Shown here: piece after piece, positions 35,801 through 50,109 of the stretch
How positions within the stretch are numbered: the first letter of the stretch is position 1
How the letters are laid out: every line of letters starts with the position of its first letter
DNA from: Gnetum montanum
Taxonomy: Eukaryota > Plantae > Gnetophyta
Direction: 5' to 3'
Assembly (NCBI GenBank): GCA_015680685.1
Contig: MNCI01003158.1
Span: 191,309-255,308, forward strand
Length of the DNA: 64,000 bases
The notes under the pieces: model-generated
What the model was told of the DNA's origin: nothing
Databases searched by the model: none
The model's input: only the letters and a program-made list of their open reading frames with translations
Made by a program: the position numbers and the translations under genes

Positions 35801-38190
35801 TGACCAAGTCTTAGACACCATCGCAGGGCATCGCTACTATAGTTTTCTGGATGGGTACAGTGGGTACAACCAAATACAAATAGCCCTAGAAGACCAAGCC
35901 AAGACTACGTTCACTAGTCCTTGGGGAACATTCGCATACAAATAGATGCCATTTGGCTGATGCAATGCCCCTGCAACGTTTCAACGATTAGTTCTAAGAA
36001 TATTCCAACAGTAGATAGGAAACAGTGTGGAGGTCTTCATGGATGACTTCTCCACCTACGGAGAAAATTTTGATCAAGCCTTGGACCGATTAGAGCAAGT
36101 ATTAAAACAATGTGTAGAAACCAATTTAAGGCTCAACTAGTAGAAAAGCCATTTGATGGTCCAAGAAGGCATCGTACTAGGGCATAAAATTTCATGAACA
36201 GGGATAGAGGTAGACCCCAGAAAGATCAAAGTTATCCAAGGAATTACCCATCAACCAGAAATTGTAAAAGATATCTGGTCATTCCTTGGACACATTGGCT
36301 ACTACAAAAGGTTTATTAAGAACTTTTCAAAGGTTGCAAAACCATTGGTTAAACTAACAAAAAAGGACGTACCTTTCGAATAGACCAGGGAATGCAAACT
36401 AGCTTTCCAAAATTTAAAACAGAAGCTAGTAGAAACACCTATCCTATAAGCTCCTAATTGGTCCAGGTCATTCCACATAATGACTAACATGTCCAACTAT
36501 GCTTTAGGAGCTGTACTTACACAATTAGATGATCAAAAATGTCCTTATTACATCCAATGTGTAAGTAGAAGTATCGCTGGTGCACAACTCAACTACACTA
36601 CAACAGAGAAAGAATTAATGGCTGTAGTGTTTGCACTAGAAAAAGTTAGGCACTATGTCTTGGGCTATAAGGTATTCGTGCACATAGATCATAGTGCAAT
36701 AAGGTTCCTAATGAATAAATCAATGGTAAGCCCTCGCATTATATGATGGCTTGTAATCTTACAAGAGTTTGATGTTACGATGATCAATCGTAAAGGCACC
36801 AAGAACGTAGTTGCTGATTATTTATCTCAGTTGCGATGGGACAAAAAAGAGGATGAGTATCCAATTTCTGATTATTTCCCAGATGAACTCCTCTTTGCAG
36901 GTGTAGTGAATAATCAATTAACCATGGAGAAAAACTGGTATAGTAGTATTCTCATCTATCTCTTTACACAACAAACACCATAAGGGTTTAACGTTAAAAG
37001 GAAACAACAGTTTCTTCCCTGAGCCAAGTATTTTATAGAAATCAATAGGCAACTTTACAAAGTATGTCTTGATGGCTTGGTCCGATGGTGTGTTCCTGAT
37101 GTAGATCAATTGCGAGTTTTCCAAGATGCTCATGAGGGTCCTTGTGGGGGTCATTATGTTGGAAGACGAACAACCATTAAGATCTTGCTTACAAGATATT
37201 ATTGGCCTACATTGTTCTAGGATGCCCATTATTTCATCCAATCTTATGAGTGTTGTCAACATGATGGGGAGATGACTGCTAGAATGAAAGGTCCACAAGA
37301 ATGGATTCAACCTTTAGAACCCTTCGACATTTGCGGAATTGATTTTATGGGGCCGATTACACCAATGTCCAATGAAAAAGCTTATATTATTGTTGCCATT
37401 GATTACCTTACAAAATGGACAGAAGCAGTTACTGTTAAGGATTGTACTTCATCTATAATTGCACGATTTGTTCAACAACAAATCGTAAACAGGTTTGGTG
37501 TACCTCGTGCACTCATTTCAAACAATGGTACACACTTCACAGGTGCGACTTTTCAAAAATTAATGCGACACTTAGGGGTTGAGCACAAACTAACTACATC
37601 ATATCACCCCCAAGTGAACGGTCAAGCCGAAGTCACCAACAGGGAGATTACGAAGATATTGACAAGAACCATTAGCAAGTTTAGGCGAGACTGGAGCACT
37701 AAACTAAATGATGCTCTTTGGGCATACCACTCCACATGGAAACTCCCTATAGGCTACTCTCCCTATGAGTTAGTGTACGGTAAATTACCAATGCTCCCCA
37801 TTCAAATTGACCATACACTATCCACAACATGTGACCTCAACCTTGACCTTGATTTAGCACAAAAAAAATGGTTGATGACCCTTAACCTACTAGATGAGAA
37901 CCGATTGGCTACCCTGTCATCTAATGAATTGCACAAGGTCTTCAATAAACAACGTCATGACCTAAGAATTAGGAAAGTTAAATATCAACAGGATATAAGG
38001 TTCTCTACTAGAATCCCACACATGTGCCACAACGTACCAAATCTCAAACGTTGTGGAAAGGACCTTATATCATTCATGCAGCTTTTCCTTCAGGGGCCAT
38101 GATGATTTACAAACCTAAGAGCCTAGATAAGAAACTGTTGGTCAACGTCCAACAAACCAAACCTTTCCATGAGCTTACAATAGCCAGTAC
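32813..38190 (+). pseudogene. Disrupted gag-pol of the Athila-like element
   Basis: Gag DPQNHLQAF..LKLFPQTL..WY; PR LLDSGIGVNLIS; RT VPKKGGKWRVCIDF, LDGYSGYNQI, FMDDF; RH NYTTTEKELMAVVFA; INT HEGPCGGHY, IDFMGP, NGQAEVTNRE, WKGPY; many stops. Confidence 0.95.
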
Positions 38191-40163
38191 TCATACTACC
38201 TCTGTTGGTGAACAACCTTGCTCGCTATTTCGGATCTCCTCCTTCCAACTTAGTCGTGGGGGAGATGGCCACCTATGGAAACCATTCTAGGCCCTAAGCC
38301 CTTTTTGTATTTTTTGTTTTACACATTTCTTCAATCTTTCTTATTTTTGTTTTACACCATCGTTCACATTTTTACTATTTCTTTGTTTGGTTGATTTACT
38401 ATCATTCGTCATACAATAAGTGCTCCTGATGGTGGATTGAATTATATACTATTGATTACTAATGTTTGGTTTTTACCTCTAAATTATGATGCTGATATTA
38501 TGATATGGTTCTTTTGATAAAACAGGAAATGAGTCCACGTTGTCCATTTATCCATTCAACTCTGTGGTCTCCCTTGGCTTGGAACTGTACAGTCCCTTTT
38601 TTCTAATCAACTTCTTAATAAATTGGTGGCTTGGTATTTTTAAAACTAAAGGAAGGACTCAATGGTTGAAAAGGGTGTGACTTCAAGGGGATTTGATGCA
38701 TTTGTGTTGGCCATTCTCTTGGGTGCTTGGATGCGTTTTCTTGGGTTTTTTTCCATTCTACCATCAATCAAATATCAGGAAGCTGAGTGAATAAAAATAA
38801 GTCTTTACATGTTGTGGTTCTCACAAAAAAAAGAAAAAAAAAGAAAAAAAAAGGAGAAAAATGAAAATTCAAAGCATACACCTTAGACATAATAAAGCAA
38901 TATGGGCTACAAGCACTAGTTATGGCACTGAAAAAACATGTTACCCATGCCTAAAGGTTCCCTCTAACTAAGGCCCTTTCTCGCTTCTTGCTTCTTCATC
39001 TCGCTCTCCTTGGGATGGTGGTGACTCTTTGTGGAAGCATTTTTGTTGCTTCAAGAGGATGGATTGGCCAAGTGTATTGATGCGAGGTCACTGAGTGTGG
39101 TTGGTTTGAGTCTAGATTTGGAATGAGTTCTACTTAGTCACATTAACCATGACATACACAAGGGACTTTACACAACTTTGCTTTTGGAATTCCATTCCAT
39201 TTTTACCCTCCATATTTTTTTCCATTTATTTTTCGATATCTTGGTTGATGCATTATTTTTCCTTGGTAAATTCTTGTGGGTAAGTTTTTAACTCTTGCTT
39301 CCAAATGACATTCCTAGAGCCTACAGAATCTTTGGTTTGTGGGTTTGTCAGGGCATAAAGGGCATGAGGTTGCTTTGGGGAGGATCCACTAGCATTCCTT
39401 TTTGGTGCAATTGTTAAGTTCTTTTCCTTAAACATTCTTTACAATCAACCATTTCTTATTTCATCCCCATCTTTGACATCCACTTTATTGGTGTTGCCGT
39501 CGTCATTTTTCCCCTCTTTCTTGTTCCTTATATTTTTCCATCTTATTGCTACCGGAGGTTCGCTCTTAGTCATGGGGGCCCTGGCACAAATTTTTTAATT
39601 TCTCCATTCTACTACTTGCCTAACCCCTACACCTTGGGTAGTTATCAGTAATAAACCTTTAACCCAATTTTTGCCATAACCATAACCCAGCCAATGCACT
39701 TTATATCGAGGTAAGGTATCAATTGCATTGTGGCTTACTTATCCTTGCTCATTCGTGATTGTGTTGTGTGTGCAGATGGTGATTACACGAACTATGGACT
39801 GGAATAAGAGGAAGCACTTGGGATGGATTGGAGCTAGAATGTTACGTCGAGAACAAGTTTGGTCATGTGGCTATGGATAAACAATGAAGGGCGCAATCTT
39901 GGCATTTGCAGCCAGATGCCTCATTTTCTTTTCTTCCTCTTTCTCTTCAAGCTGTCAAATGAAGGTCTGGATGTCATCCATGTACAATGTTCACCACAAA
40001 GGGCGTGAACACCAATGTTATAATATGTTTGTTGATCTGTTCACCGGGCACTTTGAGTCTATTATTTCTTGTCGTCGTCGGTTCTCATTCAGTCAATAAT
40101 CCCATACCTTCCCAATATTTTGTAAGGAACTCGAGGACAAGTTTTCATTCAGTTGTGGGGATA

Positions 40164-40958
40164 TGATGAGCCACGATATCGTGGGCTTCCATGCGATATC
40201 ATGTACGCAATATCACAGCCTGCCTCATTGCCTATAAATAAGAGGTGGGTGCACTTGGTTTGCATAGTTAGTCTTAGTCCCTTACCCAAACTCTTGCCTT
40301 TTCTCCCTCTCAGAGTTAGAATTATTTTTGCATTCTCACAATAGGAGTCATAAAGTGAACAGATCTTATTTAAGCATTGTGTACCTAAGCACACCTTGTG
40401 TATGACAATAAAGACGAACTTTGTGATAAACCTTGCAGCATTCAGAATAGATTAATTAATGTTAATTACTATTACTTAATGCTTTCCTTAGTTAATTAAT
40501 GATTCTCTCTCACCCTACAACTATCTTAAGTAAGCACACATAGTACGATCACTTCAAGTATGCATGTAACACTTGGTAACCTAGTAATGATTAATGTTTG
40601 GTAATCCTAGTAGTGTTGCACTGGTTCAGGGTGTGTACAATAAATGAGAACGGATACTGGTGTTAGGATAAGTTAGAGCCTAATTAATAAGTAGTCAAAT
40701 TGAATTAGTTATTTATTATCTCTCTCCTCCCTTATTAGCAGTAGGACATAAAAACATAAAAAATTATAAAAATCATATGCCTCAAGTTTACTTAACCATA
40801 CAATCATGACATACAAGTAAGTTTGGGAAAACAATGATTGATCAACCCATTCTTGTTCCACAAAGGCGCATAAGCACTTAGTCCTTGGAATTTGACTAGA
40901 TCATGCGTGGACGCTCGTATTCGTATGGTTGAGCATAGGGATGCCTCACCGCTCATCA
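40164..40958 (+). repeat. 3' LTR of the Athila-like element
   Basis: TGATGAGC...GCTCATCA inverted termini, PPT immediately upstream. Confidence 0.95.
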
Positions 40959-42062
40959 TTAAGAAATTTCTTTGGTGTCTTCTCCACCAAGGTTTACCTA
41001 TTGGCAAACGTCTCGAATATCTTGGGATTCATAATCCTAATTTCCCTCTTTGTGGTGATAAAGAGGACTTTGTTCATGTGTTTTGGCTTTGCCCCTTCAC
41101 ACAACACATGTGGACATGAGCTTCCAAAGTAATTCCATCATGCAAGCTATCTCAAGATGATGTTATATTTGGCCTTTTGGCCACCATTTCTACTAATTTT
41201 AAATTTCTATGGAAAGTTATTAGACTTATTATTCTATATTATATTTGGAAGCATAGATGTAATGTTATCTTTGAAAGGATTGATTATTCTAATAAATGTC
41301 ATCTTACAATGATGAAGAACTTGCAGATCTTCCACCTCATTCATTTCCAACTCAAATCTCAAGCATCAAAGTTAAAAATGGATATTCATCAGTTGGTTCA
41401 TCTTTTGCAACCTTGGGAAAGACCCATGCATTCAAGCAACCCTCTTTAATAGGAATCTCTGCATAGAAGCTTCCCTTCTTAATTTTGAGTGGAGTCACCA
41501 TATGGGAGTTTCTCTATCTTTTATTGAGCGCTATCTGCCTCATCCAAATTCTACCACTCTCTTGTAACAAGCTAATTAGTTTTGATAGATGGTAGTTCCC
41601 TTGATTTGGTTTCTTCCTTTTGCGAATGGTTATATATGAGGACATTTTCCACAGTTTCATCCCCAGTAATATAAGTTTTCTATATTTTTTATCTCTATGA
41701 TTTAATGAGGTTTATGTATTTGACATTCTTTTACTATTAATAAAATTTCTTCAGGGTTTGACACCCCCCACCACCACACCCCATCCCCCACTCCCCCCAC
41801 CCTCCCCCCTGCCCCAAATAAATCCTAGCCATATCAAAGTGCATTAGATTAGTAGTTGCAAGTCTTGTTCTACTATTTAGTTGAATTATAAGGTGAATTA
41901 CTATTAATTTTTCCTTTGTGCTCTTTCATAGGAGATAGGTTTAGGTCTTGAAATTAATTCATCTTTTATTCTTGCATACTAAGTTTTGTTTTCCTTTACT
42001 TCACAAGTAATCATCAAGTAACCTTTTTTAGTGGATGCATTTTTGGTTATCATTTAAGATTA

Positions 42063-45000
42063 TTTTTTNNNNNNNNNNNNNNNNNNNNNNNNNNNNNNNN
42101 NNNNNNNNNNNNNAGAGAATTTTATTAATTAAATGAGATTAAGTACATGATCAACATCTAAACATATTGATGGTTAAATAGGGAGAAGAACAATATCAAA
42201 TGCAGATGTTGAAGGAAAACATCTTGATACATAATCCTTCATAGGGTGTGGAAGTACATTTCAAAGAGAAAGCTCATGCTAGGAATCAATAAGAACTGCG
42301 ACTTAATAAGACTAGGGGGAAAACAGAGAGCTAAAAATGCTCAAAATTATGATGAGACACTATGAGGTAGCAAATCGAATGAGGAAGAGTGCATGAATTG
42401 GTGTATCTGCTCCAAGGCTGCAAACAATAAAACAATTGATTAGTATCCAACTTTAACTTAGAAGTGTGAGATATAATTTGGAAATGCACAAGGCAAAGAA
42501 TTTGAAAATTTTCCATAATAGTTAAATGGTTAGAGTTAGATGGATCAGTGTTTTGGAAAAGAGTAGTGCATCTACGCTTCCATATATAGTAAAGAACAAG
42601 GGGCCTAGTAACTTCCCAAAGAAACTGAAGGTTAGTAGAGGGGGTGGCTAGAAAGCCGAGCAAGATATACTCATGGGAAAACTTGCACAAAGGGAAAACT
42701 TTAGAAACCCACTCCCATGAAGACTGAGCGAAGGGGAAATGCCAAAAAACATGGACAAAATCATTAGGACCTCCACAGAGAGGGCAATTAGGGTTTGGAA
42801 TCCTAAGGTATTCACGACGTTTGCCGATAGGTAGGCCTTGATGAAGGAGGCACCAAAGAAAATGTGTAATTTTTGGAAGAGTTGGAAGGCTCCAAACTCG
42901 TGAGCAGTGGGAGAGCCAAAACTGTTCAGACTCTTCTTTGTGCCATGATCTATTGCAGTGATTAACAATCATAGAGGAGTCATGTAATAACTGAAAGGGC
43001 ACATGTGGTTTATAGGGTAGAAGGCTCGGTCCATTAATCCACTGAAGACCATGGAAGAGACTAGGAATCGAAGCATTCAAATGCAAGTACTGATGAATGA
43101 AGTGATAAAGTCTATCAAGGCAGTGGTGCATAGTTCTGGAAGCCCAATATAAGTTTTTGAACATATCCCAAGTAATCCATGGATTGGTGAGATGAAGACA
43201 TCTAAGGGAAACAACTCCCTTTTGAAACCAAATTGTGGCTGTCCTAGCATTTGAGGTGGCTAGAGGAGCAGGCGATAGGAGCAGCCACCAAGGGAAAATC
43301 TTAGAAAGGAGAGTAGGATTGATATGAACATTATTCCAATTCACATGAGAATGTTAGACTTGCCAAGCCTTCCAAATGCTTTTGAAAACATGTGTTCCAA
43401 GAATGATAATGTCATGAGGGAAGAGGATCCAATTAACAGGGTGGATACCCTTCCAGATGGACTTATTCTTAGGGAATGCTTGTCGAAGCCTTAACTGAAA
43501 AAGATTCCCAATAATATTGGGGGCATCCAGGTGCTGAACCAACCACTTAGTAACAAGGGTGAGATCTTGCTTAAAGAAGTTTAAAAGGCCCAATCCACCT
43601 TTGTTCTTAGGAAGAGTTACTATATTCCAGGAAACACGATGAAAGCCTTTTTGGGAGTCTTTAGACGACCACATGAAGTCTCGAAATAATCGTTCAAGCT
43701 TTTGATAAGAAGCATGGAAAGGGGCCCAAAATGACGAATAATAAACATGGGTAGAAGCACAAATAGACTTACAAATGAGATACTTACCGGTGAGGATGAG
43801 GGGTTTTCCATTTTTTGATTTTCCTTTGAATTCAAGAAAGTACTTGGTCCCAAATCTCTAAGGTTGGGCCTCTAAAGCGAAAAGGGATTCCCAAAAGCTT
43901 AATGATTTCATGATCTTGAGTACACGTCCAACTATAATTGGGAAAATGGTTGTAGTTATTGGTGATGCTATAAACTGAAGATTTATGCCAATTTATAATA
44001 GATCCAGAGAGGGAGCAATATTGCTCCACTCGAGACAAGAGGCATTACACATTAACAGCATTGTTTTAAATAAGGAAAAAGGAGGCATCAGCGAAATGCA
44101 TATTGAGGAGTTGATGTTGAGGAGAAGATAGATGAACCCCAGATAAAACATTATTTTGAATATCCAAGTTGATTTGATGATAGAGAAAATTAGCAACAAT
44201 GATGAAGAAGTAAGGAGCAAGAGGGTAGCCTTGCCTAACAAACCTATGAATAGGAATGGGAGAAGTGATGCCAAAGGTAGTCGTGATTCACGTAGTAGCA
44301 TCTGAGAATAAGCATTCTACCATATGAATGAACTTAGGCACAAAACCCAATTTAGTCATGGTTTGGATAATGAAGTCCCACTTAATATTATCATAGGCTT
44401 TAGCGTAGTCAAGCTTCATCAGGAGGATATCCTGACCCTTGTCCTCAGCCCACTTAAGACCTTCCCAAGCAACCACCATGTTATTTAATATGTATCATCC
44501 TAGGACAAAGCAAGTCTACTGGGGGGAAATGATAAGAGCAAGGATTTTCTTTAATCGCAAAGCCAAACATTTAGCCCAAATTTTGTAAACCACATTAAGT
44601 AAGGTGACAGGTTGCCAATTGGAGATACAAGTAGGATCTCCTGATTTAGGGGGAAGACGAGTAATCCCTTGGTTTAAGATTGGTTCCAAAGAACTAGTAA
44701 GTGTAGCCTCTTTGATAACATGGAAGAGATTAGAACCTACCAAATCCCAATGCTTTTGGAAAAATTCGATTGGAAAACCATCGTAACTATGGGCTTTCCC
44801 AAGGCTTAGGTTAAAGCAAGCCTATCGAAGCTCAGCTGGAGTAATATCAGCTTCTAAAATTGTCAGCATAGAAGAATTAACTAGTTTAGGATAATTTAGA
44901 GTGGTGGCCACGAAGGATGCGGGATCCATAGGAGTAGTGGTGAATAAGTCCTCAAAGTGTTTCTTAAGATAAGAGAGAAGACTATTTTGGTCAGTGATAA

Positions 45001-47600
45001 TGGATCCATTTATGGAGAGTTTATCTAAAGAGGGCGAAGGGGAGGACCAGTTAAGGTACTTAAAGAATTCCTTATAGTGCTCATCTTGAATGTTTAGCCA
45101 AGTGAGTCGGCTTTTAATCAAGGCACCTTGTGCCTTATATACTACCCAATGTTGAAAGGCTATACGGGCTTTGGCAAGCTCCCCTTGTAGGTGACTATTG
45201 AAGGGATCATCAGTTAGTTTGGTCGTAAGGTGCTCAATGGTAGCGCATATGTTGGTGTACTCTTGTCAAGAATGAGAGGCAACTTCCTTATCAAAATGAC
45301 GGGTGAGATTCCTAACTCTACTAGTAGTCCAAAACCACCAGTGGATCCAACCCTTTGGACCTAAGCGTCTAGGTTTAGCATTCCAAAGGCTAGAAAGAAG
45401 TTGTTGGGTGGGAGGAGAAGAGAAACATTGACTATGAAGCCTAAAGAGATGATAATTTTGTCATTGGTGGTCATTATGGATCTGCATAGATAAAGTAATA
45501 GGGAAATGATCTGATAAGGTTGCGTGTTGGTGGACTTTAGTAGTAGAAAGGGTCCGCCAAAAAGAAAGAGTGGAAAAATAATATCTATCTAACTGACTAT
45601 AAATGCGAGCCTGTCCCTTACGAAGATTGTTTCAAGTGAAGCTATTTAGAGAGCCACCAGCAGTGTCTGCGATGCCATCCGAAAGATAAAAACATTTCTT
45701 AAAATTTGACTAGGCTTGATATTCTTGATAAGGAAGTTGAGAGAAAACACCCCCAAGCTTATCATGAGAGAATTCCATCATGTTAAAATTGCCGTCAAAA
45801 AGCCAAGGAATAGAAGGGAGGCTATGAGTGAGTTCATGCCACAATCAGGCCCATTTGGTAGAGTCATTGGGAGCATAAATAGAACAAACTCTGAAGGGAC
45901 CATGTGAGGAGGAGAAAATAGCCCAGGCCACTTTGTGACCTAAATTGGACCCATGTTGTAGGAGTTTATCTTTCCAATAGGTTGGAAAAAGAATGGCTAC
46001 TCCACCTTTGCCACACTCATGAGAAGTAGCAAGAATAGAAGAATGGGGGAGAAACCAATGGGCTGAAAGAGATAATTGGTCGGCTGAGATCTTGATTTCT
46101 TGAAGAAGGAGGAAATCCAAAGTGAGATTTAGATTAGAGAGGAAGTTGCTGGCTCATTTGCGACAAAGCCTATCAGTTAGGCCTTAGACATTCCAAGATA
46201 GGAGGTTCATGGAGAAGCTCTAGATGTTATGAGTGACAGGGCAGTAGAAGGATCTTGGTTAGGAATGTTAGTCGTCATAGTAGTGGAAAGAATTGCAAAG
46301 GAGTTTCTTGTATTAATAGTTAAAGCTAGGTTAGTTTTGGGCAAAGGAGAGGAAGGGGGAGTAGTGGTTTTAGATGCTTTGGCCCTTTTCCTTCCCCCTA
46401 CCTTTACAAACTCATCACGTAAAAGTGAATCTTTGACTGATTGTGATTGAATGATTGGTGCCTTGGACCTGGCCTTAATGAGAGAATGGGATTGGAAGAC
46501 TCTTGCCTTAGAGGGAGAAGATGAGGAAGAAAGGTGTGGAGCATTGTTAGAAGTAGAACCAAACTTAATGGGATCAAGTGGTGGGTTAGGTTGAGGAGTG
46601 ACTACAATACTAGATTTGGGAGGATTGGTTTGGGATTTTTTCTTAGCTAGAAAAGGATAGGCAGAAATGTGATGTTCTATACGATGGTAGTAGCTACAAG
46701 AGTTGGGAAGATAAAAATAGTCTACCTTTTGAGTAAAAAATTTGCCTCTAGCTCCTAAGGTTAAAGGGTTTTCTTTTGGGAAATGTCAAGTTCGATAAAG
46801 TAGCGACGAAAGTGAGCCCCGTTAACCTCAATTCCATGGTCGGAGATGACTCGACCTAAGGTGCTAACTATGTCTCACTCAATAGATGAAAAGATTAAAG
46901 GAAGATTAGGTAGCTCTACATAACAAGGGATAATATTAAAGGCTAGGTCCTTAACATTGAAATCAAAGTTCCAAGGCCGGGCGATAAGTGTAGCATTACG
47001 AGCAAGAAAAATCCAAAGAGAGAGAGCTTTCTTGATGTGAGAAGCCTTAGAAATTTTAGCAAGGAAAAAATTATGAGCATAGTATTGAGCGTGTAAGACC
47101 TGTATTCCATGGGTTTGTAAAATATTTTTAATATGCAAATTGATGCTTAATGATCGAGGTAGAAAACCCACTATTCAAAAAAAAAATAAAGTGTGCAAAA
47201 AAATCTTAATAAATATATGCAAAGATGTCATCAGGTAAAAGAAAATCCAAAGATTCTGAGTTGGGAGAACCTCCATGAAGTGAAGAAGTAGCAGCCATTG
47301 AGGATTCGTCCATACCCTTGCATGAAGGAAGCTCCACGTCCATTTGAACAGGCTCAACGTCGATAATCTGGCCGTAAAGCACCTAAATCCTGAGTTAAAG
47401 ATCAACGGTAAACAAAACAGCAAGCGTTGCAATTAAATCTGCCCAGATCTGGGGTTGCCTGTTGTCGCCTTCCCAGACATCGTGTCGTTTTATTTTGAAA
47501 AAAACCTAGAATGAAAAATGCAGCGTGCAACTACGTCGCGTGGGCACACCGTAGCCACCGTGGCCTTGCCAAAAAACCAAAACCCGAACGCGTGGGCCTT
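42063..47600 (-). mobile_element. Near full-length decayed L1-clade LINE (LINE-c), same family as LINE-b
   Basis: ORF1 ARPWNFDF..CYVELPNLP; EN LLSWNV, LLQEIK, IYAPND, DGNFN, SDHFP; RT WQPVTLLNVVYKIWAK, KLDYAKAYD, FADAS; CPLC..HVFWH finger; the tail runs into an N gap and the 5' limit is approximate. Confidence 0.93.
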
Positions 47601-48199
47601 GCTCCAAATTAGGTTTTCATGGGTTCAACAAAGCCAGTAGATTTGAATAGAAGCCTTCGTGAGACTCAGTTGGTGCAACAATTACCTTAGCATGTGGATG
47701 GTGGTTTATCATTTCTTTTATGAGTGCTACTTCCAAACTTTACTAGTGAAAACAATTATTGATTTTATTTTTTAAATCTTTTTTAACATTTTCATTTTTG
47801 CAATTTTTGTATGCTGAACATTAAGCTTTTTGATTGATTAACATTTTGCAGCATATAGAATAACAAAGTTAATGCTGATTTTCTAGGACTTAATTAATGT
47901 TAAGTTTTTCATCACAAAGCATTCCATTAGCTTCTTTGGATCATGTCCATCTTACTATAATTTTTTTTTTACATAATTGTTAATCTCACTATCCATTTAT
48001 ACAAGTGATCCTAAGTATTAGAATTTGCTCACTTTATTTTATTTAATAGTTTTAATTGTAGTCTTTATATCTTCATTACTCACTTTGTCAATGAGGCATA
48101 TCTATCTTAGAGCAAGTGGCTTGTAGTTTGCGCAAGTTGTGAGTTCAATTTCAAGGGGTATGTTGTAATATATGCCATTAAGGGGCATGGTAAAGTTAT

Positions 48200-50050
48200 A
48201 TGTATAAGACTATGGCATCAACTAGACAACTATAGAAAAAATTGTCAAAAATCATTGATTTTAATGGGTAGTCGATGCTAATTGCACTTGATAATCATAT
48301 TTTTCCATAAAATTACATTTGATGTATTTTTGTTTTTTTGCTTTCATCAAGCCTTAAATCTTTTTGTTTTAATTTTAGGTTGTTTGATTATTAAATAAAT
48401 ATTATATTTAAGGATATTTATTGTATTTTATTGTGTTAGTTGTATAGCATCATTTTATGTTTAATTTGCATCATTTACCAAGGTTCCTTTTATATTCCAT
48501 TTGATTTCTTTATTCACAAGGATTTTATATGTTTTAATATTTTGATTGTTAATGTACCTGCATATGAAATTAGAATTAGACACTAACATTTCATATGATT
48601 TAAGTTCTTAATAAGAGCTTTGCCTTCATTATTCTACCACTATCTTTAATAAGTTGAAAATAAATTATAGGATAAAATATGTAAATGATCAATTGCAAAA
48701 TTTGCTCAAGAATGAATGAATTTGCCATTTATATGCTACGATGTACAATCCTTGGGAATAAGATAATTAGTAAGATGTTACATTTTGTGTTAGCCCAAGC
48801 AAAATAGAAAAAGGTTTGGTAGGAGAAAGCTTGTATGATAGTTTCTTATATTATCAACGTATGTTTAACAATGTATTTCAGGTGTCCAAATGAATGTGTA
48901 GTGAAAGAAAGCTAAGGTTGAAATAACTATGAATTTTTTAATGTAAAGTATAACATTATGTCCACAAATGGACATAATCTTGTATGCAATAGGCATAGCT
49001 TAGTTAATTGCTAAAAATGCTAATTGGTCCTTTTTGATCCACAATTAATGGCTCCTTATAGAAAGAATGATAGTAAGTATCAAATTTTTTTAAAATGCAT
49101 CATTTATATTTTTCTTTTCAAGTATTAATCAAGAAATGATGAAGAATAAATGTCTTTGTTTTATATGCATGTGCTCAAGTAGTGATTCTTTTGCTACTTC
49201 TATTTTTAACTTTTTTAATTTCTTCTTGGTTTCACCATGAGATTTATGCTTAGCTTGCAAATCTTGTTTAGTAGAAATTTTTCATTTTCTAATATCATCC
49301 ATTTCTACCTAGATTTATCAAGATTATTTTTTAATAATTCATTTTATGTTGCTAATTTCTTGTAAAGAATTAAGACTGTAGTGGAGGTTCTTCTTCTAAG
49401 CTTTAATGCGTCTAACTCTACCTTCTATTTATTCATAAGGTCTAAAGCATCAAACATCTCAATTTGAAACTTTTTAAATTCTAAAAGAATGATGTCTTGA
49501 TCCTTATTCCCTAATGTCTTTTTTTAAAATAACTTATTTAAGGGTGGAATTTTGTTTTTCAACATTAAAATTCAAGGTTTTGATTTTGAAGAGATATCCT
49601 ATTGCGGTATAATATAAAATCATAAATGCTTATAACAAATCATTATTCAACATGGTAGGATATGTTTTTTCTTGTTTTGCAATATCTCTAATGATCTTGC
49701 TTCTAACAATGTCCTCAAAATCTTCATAATTAACCTCTCTAAATTAGATCATGTTAATGACTTATATAGAAACTCAACAAGAAATGACTTATTAATGTTA
49801 GATTTTAAAAATTAGATAGTGGCTCCATAATCTACCACTCTATTGTCAAAGTGAAAATTTTGTTGAATTAGCTTTACTATTGGTAGTGACAAGTAGTCAT
49901 CATACTTTGTAGACTACTTCTCTAGCTGTAACTTTCCATGCTACTTTCTAGAATTTCTATAGAGGCTCAATCATCTATTTTATTACCTTAAGAAAAAAGC
50001 TTAGATTCTAATTATATTTTTGTTTTTCCTATGGTGACGACTTCATTAAT
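48200..50050 (-). mobile_element. Possible highly decayed Ty1/copia remnant
   Basis: Minus-strand VVDYGATI (protease DSGAT-like) near 49830 and a faint RNase H-end-like stretch near 48300; otherwise unreadable. Confidence 0.25.
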
Positions 50051-50109
50051 CTTGGTATTTTTAAAAACTTTTAAAAATGTGTATAGTAAGTGCCCATAAG
50101 AGAAGTTAA

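Larger units (their letters stand above)
31878..40958 (+). mobile_element. Athila-like Ty3/gypsy LTR retrotransposon
   Basis: Paired LTRs, TSD TTAAG (31873-31877, 40959-40963), domain order gag-PR-RT-RH-INT, PPT at 40151-40163; LINE-b frame rejoins across it (TLLKIK|KFLWCLLHQG). Confidence 0.95.
28119..41834 (+). mobile_element. Decayed L1-clade LINE (LINE-b), split by the Ty3/gypsy insertion; pieces 28119-31877 and 40959-41834
   Basis: GC-rich 5' leader, ORF1 remnant, EN remnant SRLDRFY, RT KLDYAKAYD / WQGCPLAPYLF / HFVDNS, zf-RVT; flanked by the exact 13-bp repeat CAAAGTGCATTAG (28106-28118, 41835-41847). Confidence 0.9.

Noticed and set aside
39253-39435. Antisense ORF sharing SGSSPKQ with ORF 59384-59683
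   Set aside because: The match is limited to one conserved nucleotide block; flanking residues do not align.
42069-42113. 45-N run at the LINE-c tail
   Set aside because: Assembly gap; it hides the tail and prevents a TSD call.
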